The notes under the pieces were generated by a model. It had not been told where the DNA came from and ran no database searches. It saw only the letters and a list, made by a program, of their open reading frames with translations. This document shows positions 27,743 to 39,490 of a DNA stretch of 64,000 nucleotides, piece after piece (position 1 is the stretch's first letter; each line of letters begins with the position of its first letter). The position numbers and the translations under genes were made by a program. Origin of the DNA: Eledone cirrhosa (lineage: Eukaryota); NCBI GenBank assembly GCA_964016885.1, contig OZ024740.1:312790001-312854000 (forward strand), in the 5' to 3' direction.

Positions 27743-27888
27743 TCAGTTATCTAATTGACAGAGTAAAGCAACTCCTTGGTTTATCCAGTAACTTTCATCT
27801 CTATTGCTTGGTAATTGTATGGTCAGTACATAGTTGGTGGAGTGTCCAGTTGTAGATAAACAGCCTCGTCTTGCACTTGTTTTATAAA
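27743..27888 (-). CDS. DNAH3: axonemal dynein heavy chain (DNAH3-like), terminal coding exon
   Basis: tacag|TT TAT AAA..; (V)[47 protein letters not shown]. Confidence 0.92.
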
Positions 27889-28303
27889 CTGTAATGAAAA
27901 GGTGAGATAATACTTTTTATATAAAACTATTTATGCTGTCAATAGGAGAGAGCGATCAAAATCAATAATATTAACTTGCTATGGTCTATGCCATATCTCA
28001 ACTGCACTCCGTGGTCAAGATGCTGAAAGCAATACTGTGGAGAACTGCCAGTGATGACCTAATATAGCCTGGTCAGAAGAAAACTGTAGAAGACCATCAT
28101 ATATATATATAATATGTGTAGGTGTGTATTTGTCTCTGCTTTTGTTTATGTTTACTATCTGTTTATGTCACAATGGCTGCTGTCCAATGATTGAAACTAG
28201 TAAAAGAGTTAGACACTTGAATGATAAACTATGGAATGGAATCAAAGACCTAATCTGTGTATTTTTTGTAAGATAATTGACTAAGAAAGAGATATTTTAA
28301 ATT

Positions 28304-28487
28304 CCGTATATGCTGGAATATAAGCCAAGGAATATGTGATCAAAAACGGTAGAAGGGGGTCAGCTTAAATTTAGGGTCAATATTTTGATTTTCACCAACT
28401 TCAAATTCTGTGAAAAATAAGGTTTGGATTTTTGCCCATTTTTCAGACATAAAATAGTGGGCTTGGATTATATTTGAGGATATACGG
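28304..28487. mobile_element. Tc1/mariner (pogo-like) MITE
   Basis: CCGTATAT..AATATAA / TTATATT..ATATACGG-TA termini. Confidence 0.5.
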
Positions 28488-29749
28488 TATATTAATGATA
28501 TATTTTTAGAATCCAGATTCAGTGAAGCATCTATTGTGTTTTTTTCACTAGGACTATGGGTTCAAGTCCATAGCAGAATAATAATATAGCTGGATTATAT
28601 CTTCAATTTCATTTCATAGTTTAGATAACACCTGTCAAGTTAGAAGAGGTGACAATTATGTAACAAAGAATATAGTTATCAAAGATATTCTCTCTTAAAA
28701 TTACACCTTAAGACTACATAAGGGGACTCAGCACAGTCTCATAAATTAAATGCTCCAGAAAAAAAATTAATTCCTCCCCAAAGTATGCATTTTATGGTTC
28801 TCTAAGCTTTCAATGGTCTTGTTGTTTTTAAAATAACTGTGGAATTTCCATGGGCATTAATTTTATTTACTTATGTTATATTAGTAGAATGGAGGCACAT
28901 GGACATATGATCGATCATAAGGCTGTGGGTTCAATTCCTGAACTGCTTGTTGAGTAAAACACTTCATTTCACGTTGCTTCAGTATATTCAGCTGAAGAAT
29001 GAGTAGCTGAGAGATTAACCCTGCAATGGACTAGCAACCTGTCCAGGGAGGAGTCTTGTACTTAATGTTACAGAAACTGGGATAAGCACTGGCCTGATGC
29101 AGACTTAGACATTAGTAGAATACAGTGACACATATTGTAGGTTTGATTCCTAGACCAGGTATCACAGTGTTGTTCTTGAGCAAAACTTTTCATTTCACAT
29201 TGCTCCAGGGTAACACTAATGGAATGGTATCCTGTATTGGGAGAAGTTTTGTACTCTCAGTCACTTAATGTTAATGAAACTGGGATAATCACAGGTCTGA
29301 TGATCCTCTGAGCTCCGGACAGACTAACATATTTCCTCTCATCAAGAATGCAAGTTGATACTCTTATAAAAGAAGAATTTTTTCTGATGTTTAAATTTTC
29401 CTTGGAATATAAAGAAATTCTCCATAAGTTTACACTAAAGTTAGCTTTCAGAGATAATAATTGTTTCTACATTTGGCACAAGGCCAGCAATTACCCAGTA
29501 CATTACTGGTACTTTATTTTATCACCCCATAAGGATGAAAGGCAAAGTTAACCATGGCGGGATTTGAACTCAGATCGTAAAGAGATGTAACTCTTTGTTG
29601 GAAAGCATGGCGTCCGACTCTACCGACACTGCCAAATGATGCTTCAATTCTGATTTATGCATATAATGTATTAATTATATATTGTAGCAGTGGAATGGTT
29701 GTTGAACTACTAGTTTAAGTTTTGAAGAGAAGATAAAATACAATAATTA

Positions 29750-31528
29750 CACCATGTAACAAAAAATTTTTTTTTCTCTGTTCCTGGCTTGTAATCACTT
29801 TTTTGTGTTGCTTAGGTCCCAAATAAATAAAAAAGTGCTATTAAACAGTTAAAAGTTTGGGTTTGTAAAAATTCTAAGCTATTCACTAGAATTATTTGTA
29901 TGCTGGATTTTACGTTGTATCTAAGTTTAACTTGCTTATGTTAAATGATTTTTTTTATATATGTTTCAGGTTAAATTAAAATTATAAAATAAAGAGTAAT
30001 ACCTAAAGAAAATTATAAAAGTGCAATAAAGTATAAAATTGTTAAAAAGTGGATTAAAGAGATTTATTAATACTGGGGTACCAGAAAAAGTTCCTCACTT
30101 CCTAAACCAAAAAGAAGTCAATGACTTGGTCAGGGATATGGGTCTGATCAAGTCCAATGCAGATCTATTCGTCTCCAGGATGAAGCAGTGGAACTTGGTC
30201 AAGGAGGAAGTGCAGGTGACAAGTCAGAGAAGTCGACACAAACCTTTCTCAGGCTTTTACACTCTTAGGGATGGCCTCTGCTTTTGCCATGACGTGCCTG
30301 GACTGTTTGACGTTATTGGGGTGCCGTTTGTGCCCAAGGAGTGGCGGCTATTTATAGACAGCTCCACCACAAGTTTGAAGGCTGTCCTCCTCCACAATGG
30401 AAACAAGTTCCCGACACTGCCCCTAGCTCATTCAGTCTGCCTGAAGAAAGAATACTACAGTGTGAAAGTCCTCTTGGAAGCTCTGCAATACAACCAGTAC
30501 AATTGGGAAATCATTGGAGACTTCAAGATGGTGGCTTTCCTGCTTGGACTCCAAGGAGGCTTTATCAAATTCCAATGCTTCCTCTGCCTTTGGGACAGCA
30601 GAGCCACCTCTGACCACTACAAAGAAAGAACTGGGAGCAACGAACAGAATTTGTAGTTGGGACCCAGAACGTCATGTGGGAGCCACTGGTTGATTCCAGG
30701 ATTGTGCTCATGCCACCACTGCACATTAAGTTGGGGTTGATGAAGCAGTTTGTGAAGGCTCTCAACCAAGAATCAGTTGCTTTTAAGTACCTTCTTGAGT
30801 TCTTCCCCAAGTTATCTGAGGCCAAAATCAAAGGTGGAATTTTTGTTGGACCTCAGATAAAGAAGGTGTTTGAGTCTACCGAGTTCTCCAATAAGCTTAA
30901 TAGGATTGAGAGAACAGCATGGAACTGTTTCAAGGCAGTTGTTAAGGGCTTCCTGGGCAACTTCAGAGCTGAAAACTACCAGCAACTGCAGGATCTGATA
31001 AAGGCTTTTGGCGCCATGGGATGCAGGATGTCGCTTAAACTCCATATGCTGGACGCTCACCTGGAAAAATTCAAGGACAATATGGGCGTCTACTCAGAAG
31101 AACAAAGCAAATGATTCCACCAAGACGTGAGAGATAGAGCGGAGGTAACAGGGCCACTACAATGAAAAAATGATGGGGGACTATATCTGGGGGCTAGTGC
31201 GGGAATGCGACCTGGACTACAACCGCAAATCCAGTCATTTCTGACATGTATAAGTTGCTTTATAAGTGTTATTTGTTTTTACTTGTTTGCTTTTGATAAG
31301 CTTGTGTAATAAAATAAATATATACTCTGTTGATTTAATTATATGAACTGATAAATTAAAAAAAAATGTGTTTTTTCTTGAAAAATATGAAAATTTCGAA
31401 ATATCAAACTTCTGACCACAAACCCAAACTTCTGATTAAATAATAGTGTTTTTTTTAATAATAATTGGATATAACAAACCAGTAAATGACACTTAGAACC
31501 GGGGAACAAAAAAATATGTTACACAGTG
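29750..31528 (+). mobile_element. Chapaev3-type (CMC superfamily) DNA transposon, internally deleted, non-functional
   Basis: 5'-CACCATGTAAC...GTTACACAGTG-3' imperfect TIRs; TTA on both flanks (29747-49, 31529-31); transposase remnant inside. Confidence 0.85.
30075..31243 (+). pseudogene. Chapaev-type DDE transposase pseudogene
   Basis: Motifs WRLFIDSS, LKAVLLHNGN, IGDFK, CFLCLWDSRA, PPLHIKLGLMKQFVKAL, GIFVGPQI, MSLKLH, EEQSK*FHQD; frameshift near 30620, stop at 31112-31114, no N-terminal Cys/His domain. Confidence 0.85.
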
Positions 31529-31560
31529 TTATTTATTAATTTTCTATGTAAATTATTTAC

Positions 31561-31621
31561 CTGGACATTGATAAGTTTCTTCTGTATGAAAATGTTCTTT
31601 CTTCACTGGTTTTAGCCATAT
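31561..31621 (-). CDS. DNAH3: DNAH3-like exon
   Basis: ttag|ATA..CCA G|gtaaa; IWLKPVKKEHFHTEETYQCP; phase-1 donor matches the last exon. Confidence 0.9.
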
Positions 31622-33338
31622 CTAACAGTGAGTTAAAGATACAATCTTCCAGAACCAAAGGATCACCCAATTTTGATATTAAATTGATGAATGATTATGA
31701 ATATAATTTTGTTTGAACTGATAAGGGAAGCGAGGCTTAAAAAACATAATCCCCCCAAGTTGATGTTTAGCACTAAGTTGAGCAAAGTTTAAGCTGAGTA
31801 TCAACTGTATTGATTTCACCAGACTGAGAAGGTCAGCAACGATTAGGGAACTCTGTCTTCTTCTTCAGATTAAATAATTAAAAAAAAAATTATTTCCATG
31901 TTTTAACTCTTAGAATAGTAATTTAGATTTGTCTTATTCTTGGGGCAATAATATGTAAACTTGTTGGGATAAGAATAACCTAACAGTTTTAAACAAGATT
32001 CAAAGGTCTACTTTATATTATTTTTAATATTATTGCTTAGACTCTTTTGAGACATGTGGAATAGAGGGAGTAAAGTAGTCACAAGTAGGGAAACCTGGTT
32101 TGATTATCTGCAAGCGGGTGGACTCTGCTAAAGTTTCATGTGGTTGTGTTAAACTAGGTGATGGATTAAGTTCACCAACCAATTAGGTCATGGCAGGATT
32201 TGAACTCAGAACACAAAGAGCCAAAACAAATACACAAGGCACCCCATCAAATGCTATAATGATTCTTCTAGTTTACTGTCCTAGACTAACACTTTATTTG
32301 TCAACATCAGGAAGATGGAAAGTTAAATTGACCATAATGGGATTTAAACTCAGAATAAATACTACCAGGTATGAAAACGCATGCCCTAATGGTTAGAAAT
32401 CTTGTCGTACAATCTAATGTCACCGGTTCAATTCCTGGACAGGCTACTGTCCTGTATTCTTGAGAAAAACACTTTATTTCATGTTGCTCCAGTACACTCA
32501 GATGAGAGTGAGTACCAACAATAGCTTGGGGAGTTAAACCCGTGATTGGTGTCCTATCCAGAGAGAGTGTTGTACTCTGTTACTTAATGTCAAGGAAAGT
32601 GGAGATGTCGTAATTTTATCTGATTCTCTAAAGCTTCTGCCAATTTAATACCTTTTGAATTACTTTCAGGTCAGCTATATTAATTTATTTAATCAATTAA
32701 ACGTCTGTATAGAGCTAGTTAGCCATGGTAAACTAGAAGTATCTAGTACTTTTTACAGTTGAGAAACAAAAGCCAAAATATACAGAGATAAGTGACTATA
32801 AAAATAAAAATAAAAATAAAAATAAAAATAAAAATAATAAAAATAAAAATAAAAATTTAAATATGGAAGGCCAACAGGAGATAAAATAAGCATAAAAAAG
32901 ATTATTTTTATTTTTATTTTTATTTTTATTTTTATAGTCACCATCATGACCATTTATAGTGACCATTTTATAGTCACCTTATTCAACACTAATAATTCTA
33001 CCATTTCACTATCTAAATTATTGAGTAGGAGATATTAATGCAATTAAAAATATGGTACTGAGTGTCTTGTTTTATTGTTAACATCCAGTCTTTGTTAACT
33101 TTTCATTCTTCTGTAAGTTTTTCTGAGTTCTATTAATATAGTGAACACTTCACTATAACAATTATAGTGTGTAGCTCAGAGCTCAACAGGTAGTTCTGCT
33201 TGCTTCAGTCCTATTGCAACATGTTACCCATAACAGTAGCAATGACATGATACCAGTAATACACTGGAGAAGAGGATATGAAACTAAAAAAAAATTAAAG
33301 ATAATAGGTATAGAATAATGTTAAAGTTTAAAGGATAC

Positions 33339-33449
33339 AATTGGCATCAAATCATAAAGGACCTTTGGTAATGCTTCTATCAGGATTTCTCTCTGTCGAC
33401 ACCAGCGGGCTCCTTCTAGGAACAAACCATTGATATAAGCACCTGTTAT
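33339..33449 (-). CDS. DNAH3: DNAH3-like exon (GLFLEGARW)
   Basis: tttcag|ATA..ATT|gtatc; ITGAYINGLFLEGARWCRQREILIEALPKVLYDLMPI. Confidence 0.92.
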
Positions 33450-33516
33450 CTGAAATAAAGTGAGAGGACAGAATTTTCAAAAGATGGAATTCAGTGTAGT
33501 GTATTGTAAAATATTG

Positions 33517-33718
33517 TAAAAGGGTCGGCGGAAAAGTTCATAGGCTGACCAAGATACTCTCATGGAATGACCAAATGAGGTTTACTTTTCAACATAGACC
33601 CTGGAAATTAACAAAGCAGTTATTAATAAGAAGAGTTGAAATTAATGCATGCAAGATTTCACAGTTCTAACATCACTCCTTCATAGTCAGCCTATGAACT
33701 TTTCATAGTATCCTTGTA
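33517..33718. mobile_element. Tc1/mariner-type MITE
   Basis: TIR core GAAAAGTTCATAGGCTGAC / GTCAGCCTATGAACTTTTC; TA flanks; empty site visible in the paralogous segment at ~46130. Confidence 0.7.
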
Positions 33719-34989
33719 TATGTATATAAGAATGTGAGGTGGCCAACTGGTAGAATCTTTAAAATTAGAGTGCTTTGAGGTATTCATTGTGATTCTCATT
33801 TCTCTGAGTTCAAATGTTGATGAAGTCAACTTTGTATTGGACTAACAAAAACTCAGTAAGTATATTTGGGAGGTGTGTGTGTGTGTGTGTGTTGGGGGGG
33901 GGGGGGGTTAGTATTAACTTTGCTACATTGTAAATCAGAATGAATATTACTTCAGTTATATTGAGTTGGTTTGGCAAATTGGCAGAGTTGTTAGAATGTC
34001 AGATAAAATGCTTTGCAGTATGCATTCAGACTCTCTGAGTTCAAATCCCACCGACGTCAACTTTGCCTTTTATCCCTTTAAGGTGGATAAAAGTCTACCA
34101 GACCAGTATTAGGATCGATTCTTCCTCTATATCTTTTTCTTACTTCCTTTCTATCCCTCTCGCTGGAAGGAATTTCTGCTAAAGACACTTAACATTCAAT
34201 ACCTCAGTTTCCCTAATTTTAGTGCTACTATACTTGTAGACAGATTGTTGTAAAAATGTGTAACATTAGATGAAAGACTTTACTATTTAATGTGATGCAA
34301 TCTGTTATGTTAGAAATAATTGTTTCTACTTTAGGCACAAGGCCAGCAATTACCCAGTACATTACTGGTACTTTATTTTATCGTAGAAATAATGTTCTGT
34401 GTGCATGGTTGATAATTTATTACATGATAATTAGAGTTATTCAATTTATATTAGAGAGTTCATGGATGTTTTTTTACTTTTTGAAAAAGTCTTGCTGCAT
34501 TTTCATGTGGTACAGGATGTTACGATTTGGATACCTAAAATGTCTGACAGGTGCTAGTCTCTGATTGGTTCAAATAACACACATGACATAAGTGTGAAAC
34601 ACTAAAATGTTATCTGAATGCGGTTGTTATATATCCTTAATCCTTTTGAGACACACGTTTAAAATTGCTTCTAGTTTTATGAAACAAAACCACTCATTTT
34701 AAAAGGTTCCTGTTTAAACAATCTTCCAATGTAATTTGAAACAAGGATCTTTTGTTGTGATACAAATATCATCTTAACTAAATAATTAACAACTTTAGTA
34801 AATCCTTCTAAATAGATAGATAAATAGCTAGAGTGCTGTCACCATAGTAACTAACGAGTTTTGATTGAAAATGTGGGAATTCTAAGTGCAACATATGTGG
34901 AAAAAATGAGTGTGTGTCCAACATATAGACAAAATAAAATAAACGTCCATGACTTTTGTCCGTCACACATGTGTGTGTGTATGGACCTG

Positions 34990-35170
34990 TTATTTTCATC
35001 TAAAGACACTTTTTCCAATTCCACCCCGCCCGTCCCTTCTATCTATATAATTTCTCATTCTTTCTTCTTATGAAGGACTAGTGTCCGAAACGTTAAGACC
35101 CTCTTCCTGCTATTTCAAACGTTAACCTAATATATTCATTCCATATACTGTATTGATTGTGTTGTTATTC
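34990..35170 (+). mobile_element. Penelope-like pLTR remnant with degenerate minimal hammerhead ribozyme (35063-35098)
   Basis: tctt-CTTATGA-A-GGAC tagt GTCC-GAAA-CG-TT-aaga, preceded by TATATAA. Confidence 0.5.
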
Positions 35171-35645
35171 TGTTTACCCTTTACACACACACACGTATAT
35201 ATATATAATACATACAGTTATTTTTCTGGTTGTTTGTTTGTGCGTGTGTGTATTTTACTAGCAGTGTAGTGACAGGCTTTTATTAATATCATTAATTTCT
35301 GAAGAGCAATCATCATCATTTTACATCTGTTGTTTCACAATTGCATGGGTTGGACAGTCCTTCTTAGTACAGCATCTTTCCACTTGTCACATCCCTTTGT
35401 CATCTCCATGAGTTTTAGCAATGTGAGATCAGCTCTCACCACTTCTCTCCAGGTCTTCCTTGGTCTTCCACTACTGTGGCTTCTCTCTACTGGGATTACT
35501 TGGCACTTCTTCACCCAGCAATGTACATATAAAACAACTTGATTAATAATTTAAAATCCATTTGATTAGTAGTTAATTTAATAGATCTGAAAATTAAACT
35601 CTTTATCACAATATCTCATCATAGAAATTTAAATATAAAACTTAC

Positions 35646-35819
35646 TGGTTTACAAGACATTTCATGTTCTTGTTTCATGATCTGGAAACTTAGTGTGAGA
35701 TGGTCAATTGGGATTTTATGGCAGCGGGCATAATTTTGCATGACTCCCATCAGAAAAGACTGAGTGAAATAAAAACCAGATATCCAGAAGACTGTTGGTT
35801 GACCTTCAGATATCCAACG
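35646..35819 (-). CDS. DNAH3: DNAH3-like exon (FWISGFYFTQSFL)
   Basis: ttcaag|CGT..CCA|gtaag; RWISEGQPTVFWISGFYFTQSFLMGVMQNYARCHKIPIDHL...SCKP. Confidence 0.9.
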
Positions 35820-36614
35820 CTTGAAGGAGGAAACGGAAAGAAAATCTGATTAGATAAGACATCTGATAGTTGCAGATAATTAAAATATATTTTAGATATT
35901 TTATTTAACTGCTTATGATAAATTACTTCTAACAGTGAAGTAAATGGATTTCTGTCAGCTTTTGATGATGTGTATTGAATTGTTTGATCAACTGAACTAC
36001 TTGTTCATTGAATTAGTATGTAAGTGGCCAAGCATTCCACAAACACGTGCACCCTTAACCCCTTTAGCATTTAAACCGGTCATATCCTGCCAGAATTCCC
36101 TCACCTCTTTCTTTTCAAACTGGCTGTAACCATCTGCTCATATTGATGTTAAGGTATTGTTCTCAAAATAAATAACATCAAAATCTCAGATTCAATATTA
36201 TGTGAGATAATTGTGTGAGGTAAAGACTTTACCATGAAAATATAATAGTAAATATAGAATAATATAAATGCTAAAGGGTTAATATAATCCTGAGGCAGAA
36301 TCAGAGTGACACAGGGGTGTCTAATCCATCTGCTGAGTTTCCACATGGCTTGGGTTAACCAGAGGCTATGGTAAATGACACTTGCATGAGATGTCTTATA
36401 CTAGGATTAAACCTGGGACCTCAGGATTGTGAAGCAAATCATTTGGTCCAACAGAGATAAATAGGTAAATGCTGCTTCAACTGAATGTAAAGCATTGTTT
36501 AGATGTAATGCTTCACACAATCTCTTTTCTGTTAAAATTTAGGACCAACAATTTTCTTCATTCTTCAAGGATTTTCACTTTAGAAGTCAGTATTTTCCTG
36601 TGATAATATAGCAT

Positions 36615-36616
36615 AC

Positions 36617-36648
<32 letters not shown>

Positions 36649-36701
36649 TGAGAGAGAGAGAGAGAGAGTGAGAGAGAGAGAGAGAGAGAGTGAGAGTGAG
36701 A

Positions 36702-36742
<41 letters not shown>

Positions 36743-37271
36743 TGAGAGAGTGAGCGTGAGAGAGTGAGCGTGAGAGAGAGAGCGTGAGAGAGTGAGCGTG
36801 AGAGAGAGAGTGTGAGAGAGTGAGCGTGAGAGAGAGATTGAGAGAGAGATAGAGAGAGTGAGAGAGAGTGAGTGAGTGTGAGAGAGTGAGTGAGTGAGAG
36901 TGAGAGTGAGAGAGAGAGTGAGTGAGAGTGAGAGTGAGAGAGAGAGTGAGTGAGAGTGAGAGTGAGTGAGAGTGAGAGTGAGTGAGAGTGAGAGTGAGTG
37001 AGAGTGAGAGAGAGAGTGAAAGAGAGAGTGAAAGAGAGAGAGAGAGTGAGAGAGAGAGTGAGAGAGAGAGTGAGAGAGAGAGTGAGAGTGAGAGTGAGAG
37101 AGGGAGAGTGAGAGTGAGTGAGAGTGAGAGTGAGTGAGAGTGAGAGTGAGTGAGAGTGAGAGAGAGAGTGAGAGAGAGAGTGAAAGAGAGAGTGAAAGAG
37201 AGAGTGAAAGAGAGAGAGAGAGTGAGAGAGAGAGTGAGAGAGAGAGTGAGAGAGAGAGTGAGAGTGAGAGT

Positions 37272-37332
<61 letters not shown>

Positions 37333-37410
37333 AGTGAGAGAGAGTGAGAGAGTGAGAGTGAGAGAGAGAGTGAGAGTGAGAGAGAGTGAGAGTGAGAGAG
37401 AGTGAGAGAG
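36615..37410. repeat. (GA)n/(GAGAGT)n compound microsatellite
   Basis: Seen directly. Confidence 0.97.
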
Positions 37411-37778
37411 AAATGGGGTGGGGGTGGGGTTAGAGAGAACTGCTATGTTGTAAGCGCACAGAGTACATTTAACTCTTTGGCATTCAAACCGGCTGTATCC
37501 AGCCAGAATTGTCTTATCTGTTTCTGTTCAAACTGGCCGGAACTGGCCACTTATACTGATGTTAAGGTATTGTTCTCAAAATAAATAATATCAAAATCTC
37601 ATAGATTTAATAGTATGTGAGATATTTATGTGAGATAAAGCCTTTACTGCGAAAATACAATAGTGTAAACACTAAAGGGTTAAAGGAGCTAGTCCTTCAA
37701 AAAGTTAATTCACCCTACTGCCACTAATCCCTTGTAATTCTAATTCTGGTTATCTCTTATGATTGTTACTTTTTCTTG

Positions 37779-37818
<40 letters not shown>

Positions 37819-37902
37819 TCCATACACCCCTCTCTCTGTTCCACTTGTTTCATAAAGAATTAAATAAAATAGTTAATTATAAAAAATATCTGAAACTCTT
37901 AC

Positions 37903-37995
37903 ATTGAAGAATTGTATACGTGCCAGAAGGTCTGAAACATAACTCCCTAAAGGCTTCAAAGAAGGGTAAGATTTTGCTTCCCACATTGTTGGAAC
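37903..37995 (-). CDS. DNAH3: DNAH3-like exon (KSYPSLKPLGSY)
   Basis: ctag|GTT..AAT|gtaag; VPTMWEAKSYPSLKPLGSYVSDLLARIQFFN. Confidence 0.93.
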
Positions 37996-38069
37996 CTAGA
38001 TATTGTATGAGAATGGATGAAAGAGCATTAATAGATCATAATTTGTGTGGTGTTAGATAAATGTTACTG

Positions 38070-39490
38070 TCATATATTTAGTATTAGATAAAACATTAGT
38101 ACATCACACATTTATATGATATATCTTATATTTAGTATTAGATACATCATGTAGTATTAGATAAACATTAGTACATCATACAGTTATATGATACATCATA
38201 TATTTCTACGATATATCATATATTTAGTATTAGACACATCATGTAGTATTACATAAAACATTAATATGTCATATGTAGTATTAGATGGTTCGTCAATTAG
38301 ATATACTAGCAGAAAAACCACCGTTCGGGTGGTTTTCTGCTAGCATGTGTAGTGTGTATATTGATATTATACGCAAGTATATATGCATGTAGATATGATA
38401 CATGAAATCAAATCGTAATTGACAATATACACAGAAATTGAACGAAGACTGCGTTACACTGTTTTATGTAATCATTTACGTAATCCATGATACATTAAAA
38501 AAAACCGATGCAGCATAGAGTTACGGCCCTTTATGATCTGAGTTCAAATCCCGCTGAGGTTAACTTTGCCTTTCATCCTTACGGAGTCAATAAAATAAAG
38601 TACCAGTAATGCACTGGGATAATTGCTGGCCTTGTGCCTATATAAGAAACCATTATATATAAACTGCATTAGGAGAAAATTAGTGACGGGAATATATGAA
38701 TATTTATTTAAGCAATCGCTAACCAGAAGTGTTGACATTTGAAAATTTTAAAGTGTTGACATTTGAAATTTTAAAATAAACAACAAAATTATTTATATTT
38801 AATCAAGAATAACGAAAGTTAGTAGATAAATTATGTAATATTCATTCATTATTTATTCAAAGTAATCCAACTTATTTTACAAACAGGATAAAAAATTATA
38901 AACCGTACACAGTCCCGCATTCCTTACTTTATTATAGTTTAGATTGTTGTGTGTGTCAAAATTGTTAGCTCTTTTGTTTGAAGACTGCCTCCCTACTCCT
39001 ACCCTAATATGTCCTCCGACTTGTGGTCCTGGCCAACAGGATGGAGAAAACATTGCTCTGGAGGATGGTGAGGGAGACATGTTAAAACAGCCACTCCACC
39101 TCGCAAGGAACATTACTACATCATATATTTATACAATACATCATATATTTATATGATTCATCATATATTTGGTATTATGTACATCATGTAGTATTAAATA
39201 AACATTACTACATCTTAAATTTATATGATACATCTTGTAGTATTAGATAAACATTACTAGGTCATATATTTATACGAAACATCATGTGGTATTAGATAAA
39301 CATTACATCATACAGTTATATGATATCATTACATATTTAGTGTTATATACATCATGTAGTATTAGATAAGCATTAATATATCATACAATATTAATATGTC
39401 ATATATTTAGTATTGGATAAAACATTACTACATTTATATGACATATCCTATATTTGGTATTAGATGCATCATGTAGTATTAGATGCATCA
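38070..39490. repeat. AT-rich degenerate minisatellite (TAGTATTAGATAAACATTA..CATCAT), split by a Helitron and a CRE fragment
   Basis: Same motif at 38070-38290 and 39110-39490. Confidence 0.75.
38306..38943 (-). mobile_element. non-autonomous Helitron (copy 1, nested SINE ~38508-38660)
   Basis: A|TC 5' end, terminal hairpin plus CTAG|T 3' end; homologous to 51439-51921. Confidence 0.75.

Noticed and set aside
30039-31114. Intact nested protein-coding gene
   Set aside because: Frameshift, premature stop and lost catalytic Glu inside TIRs with a TSD: a dead transposase.
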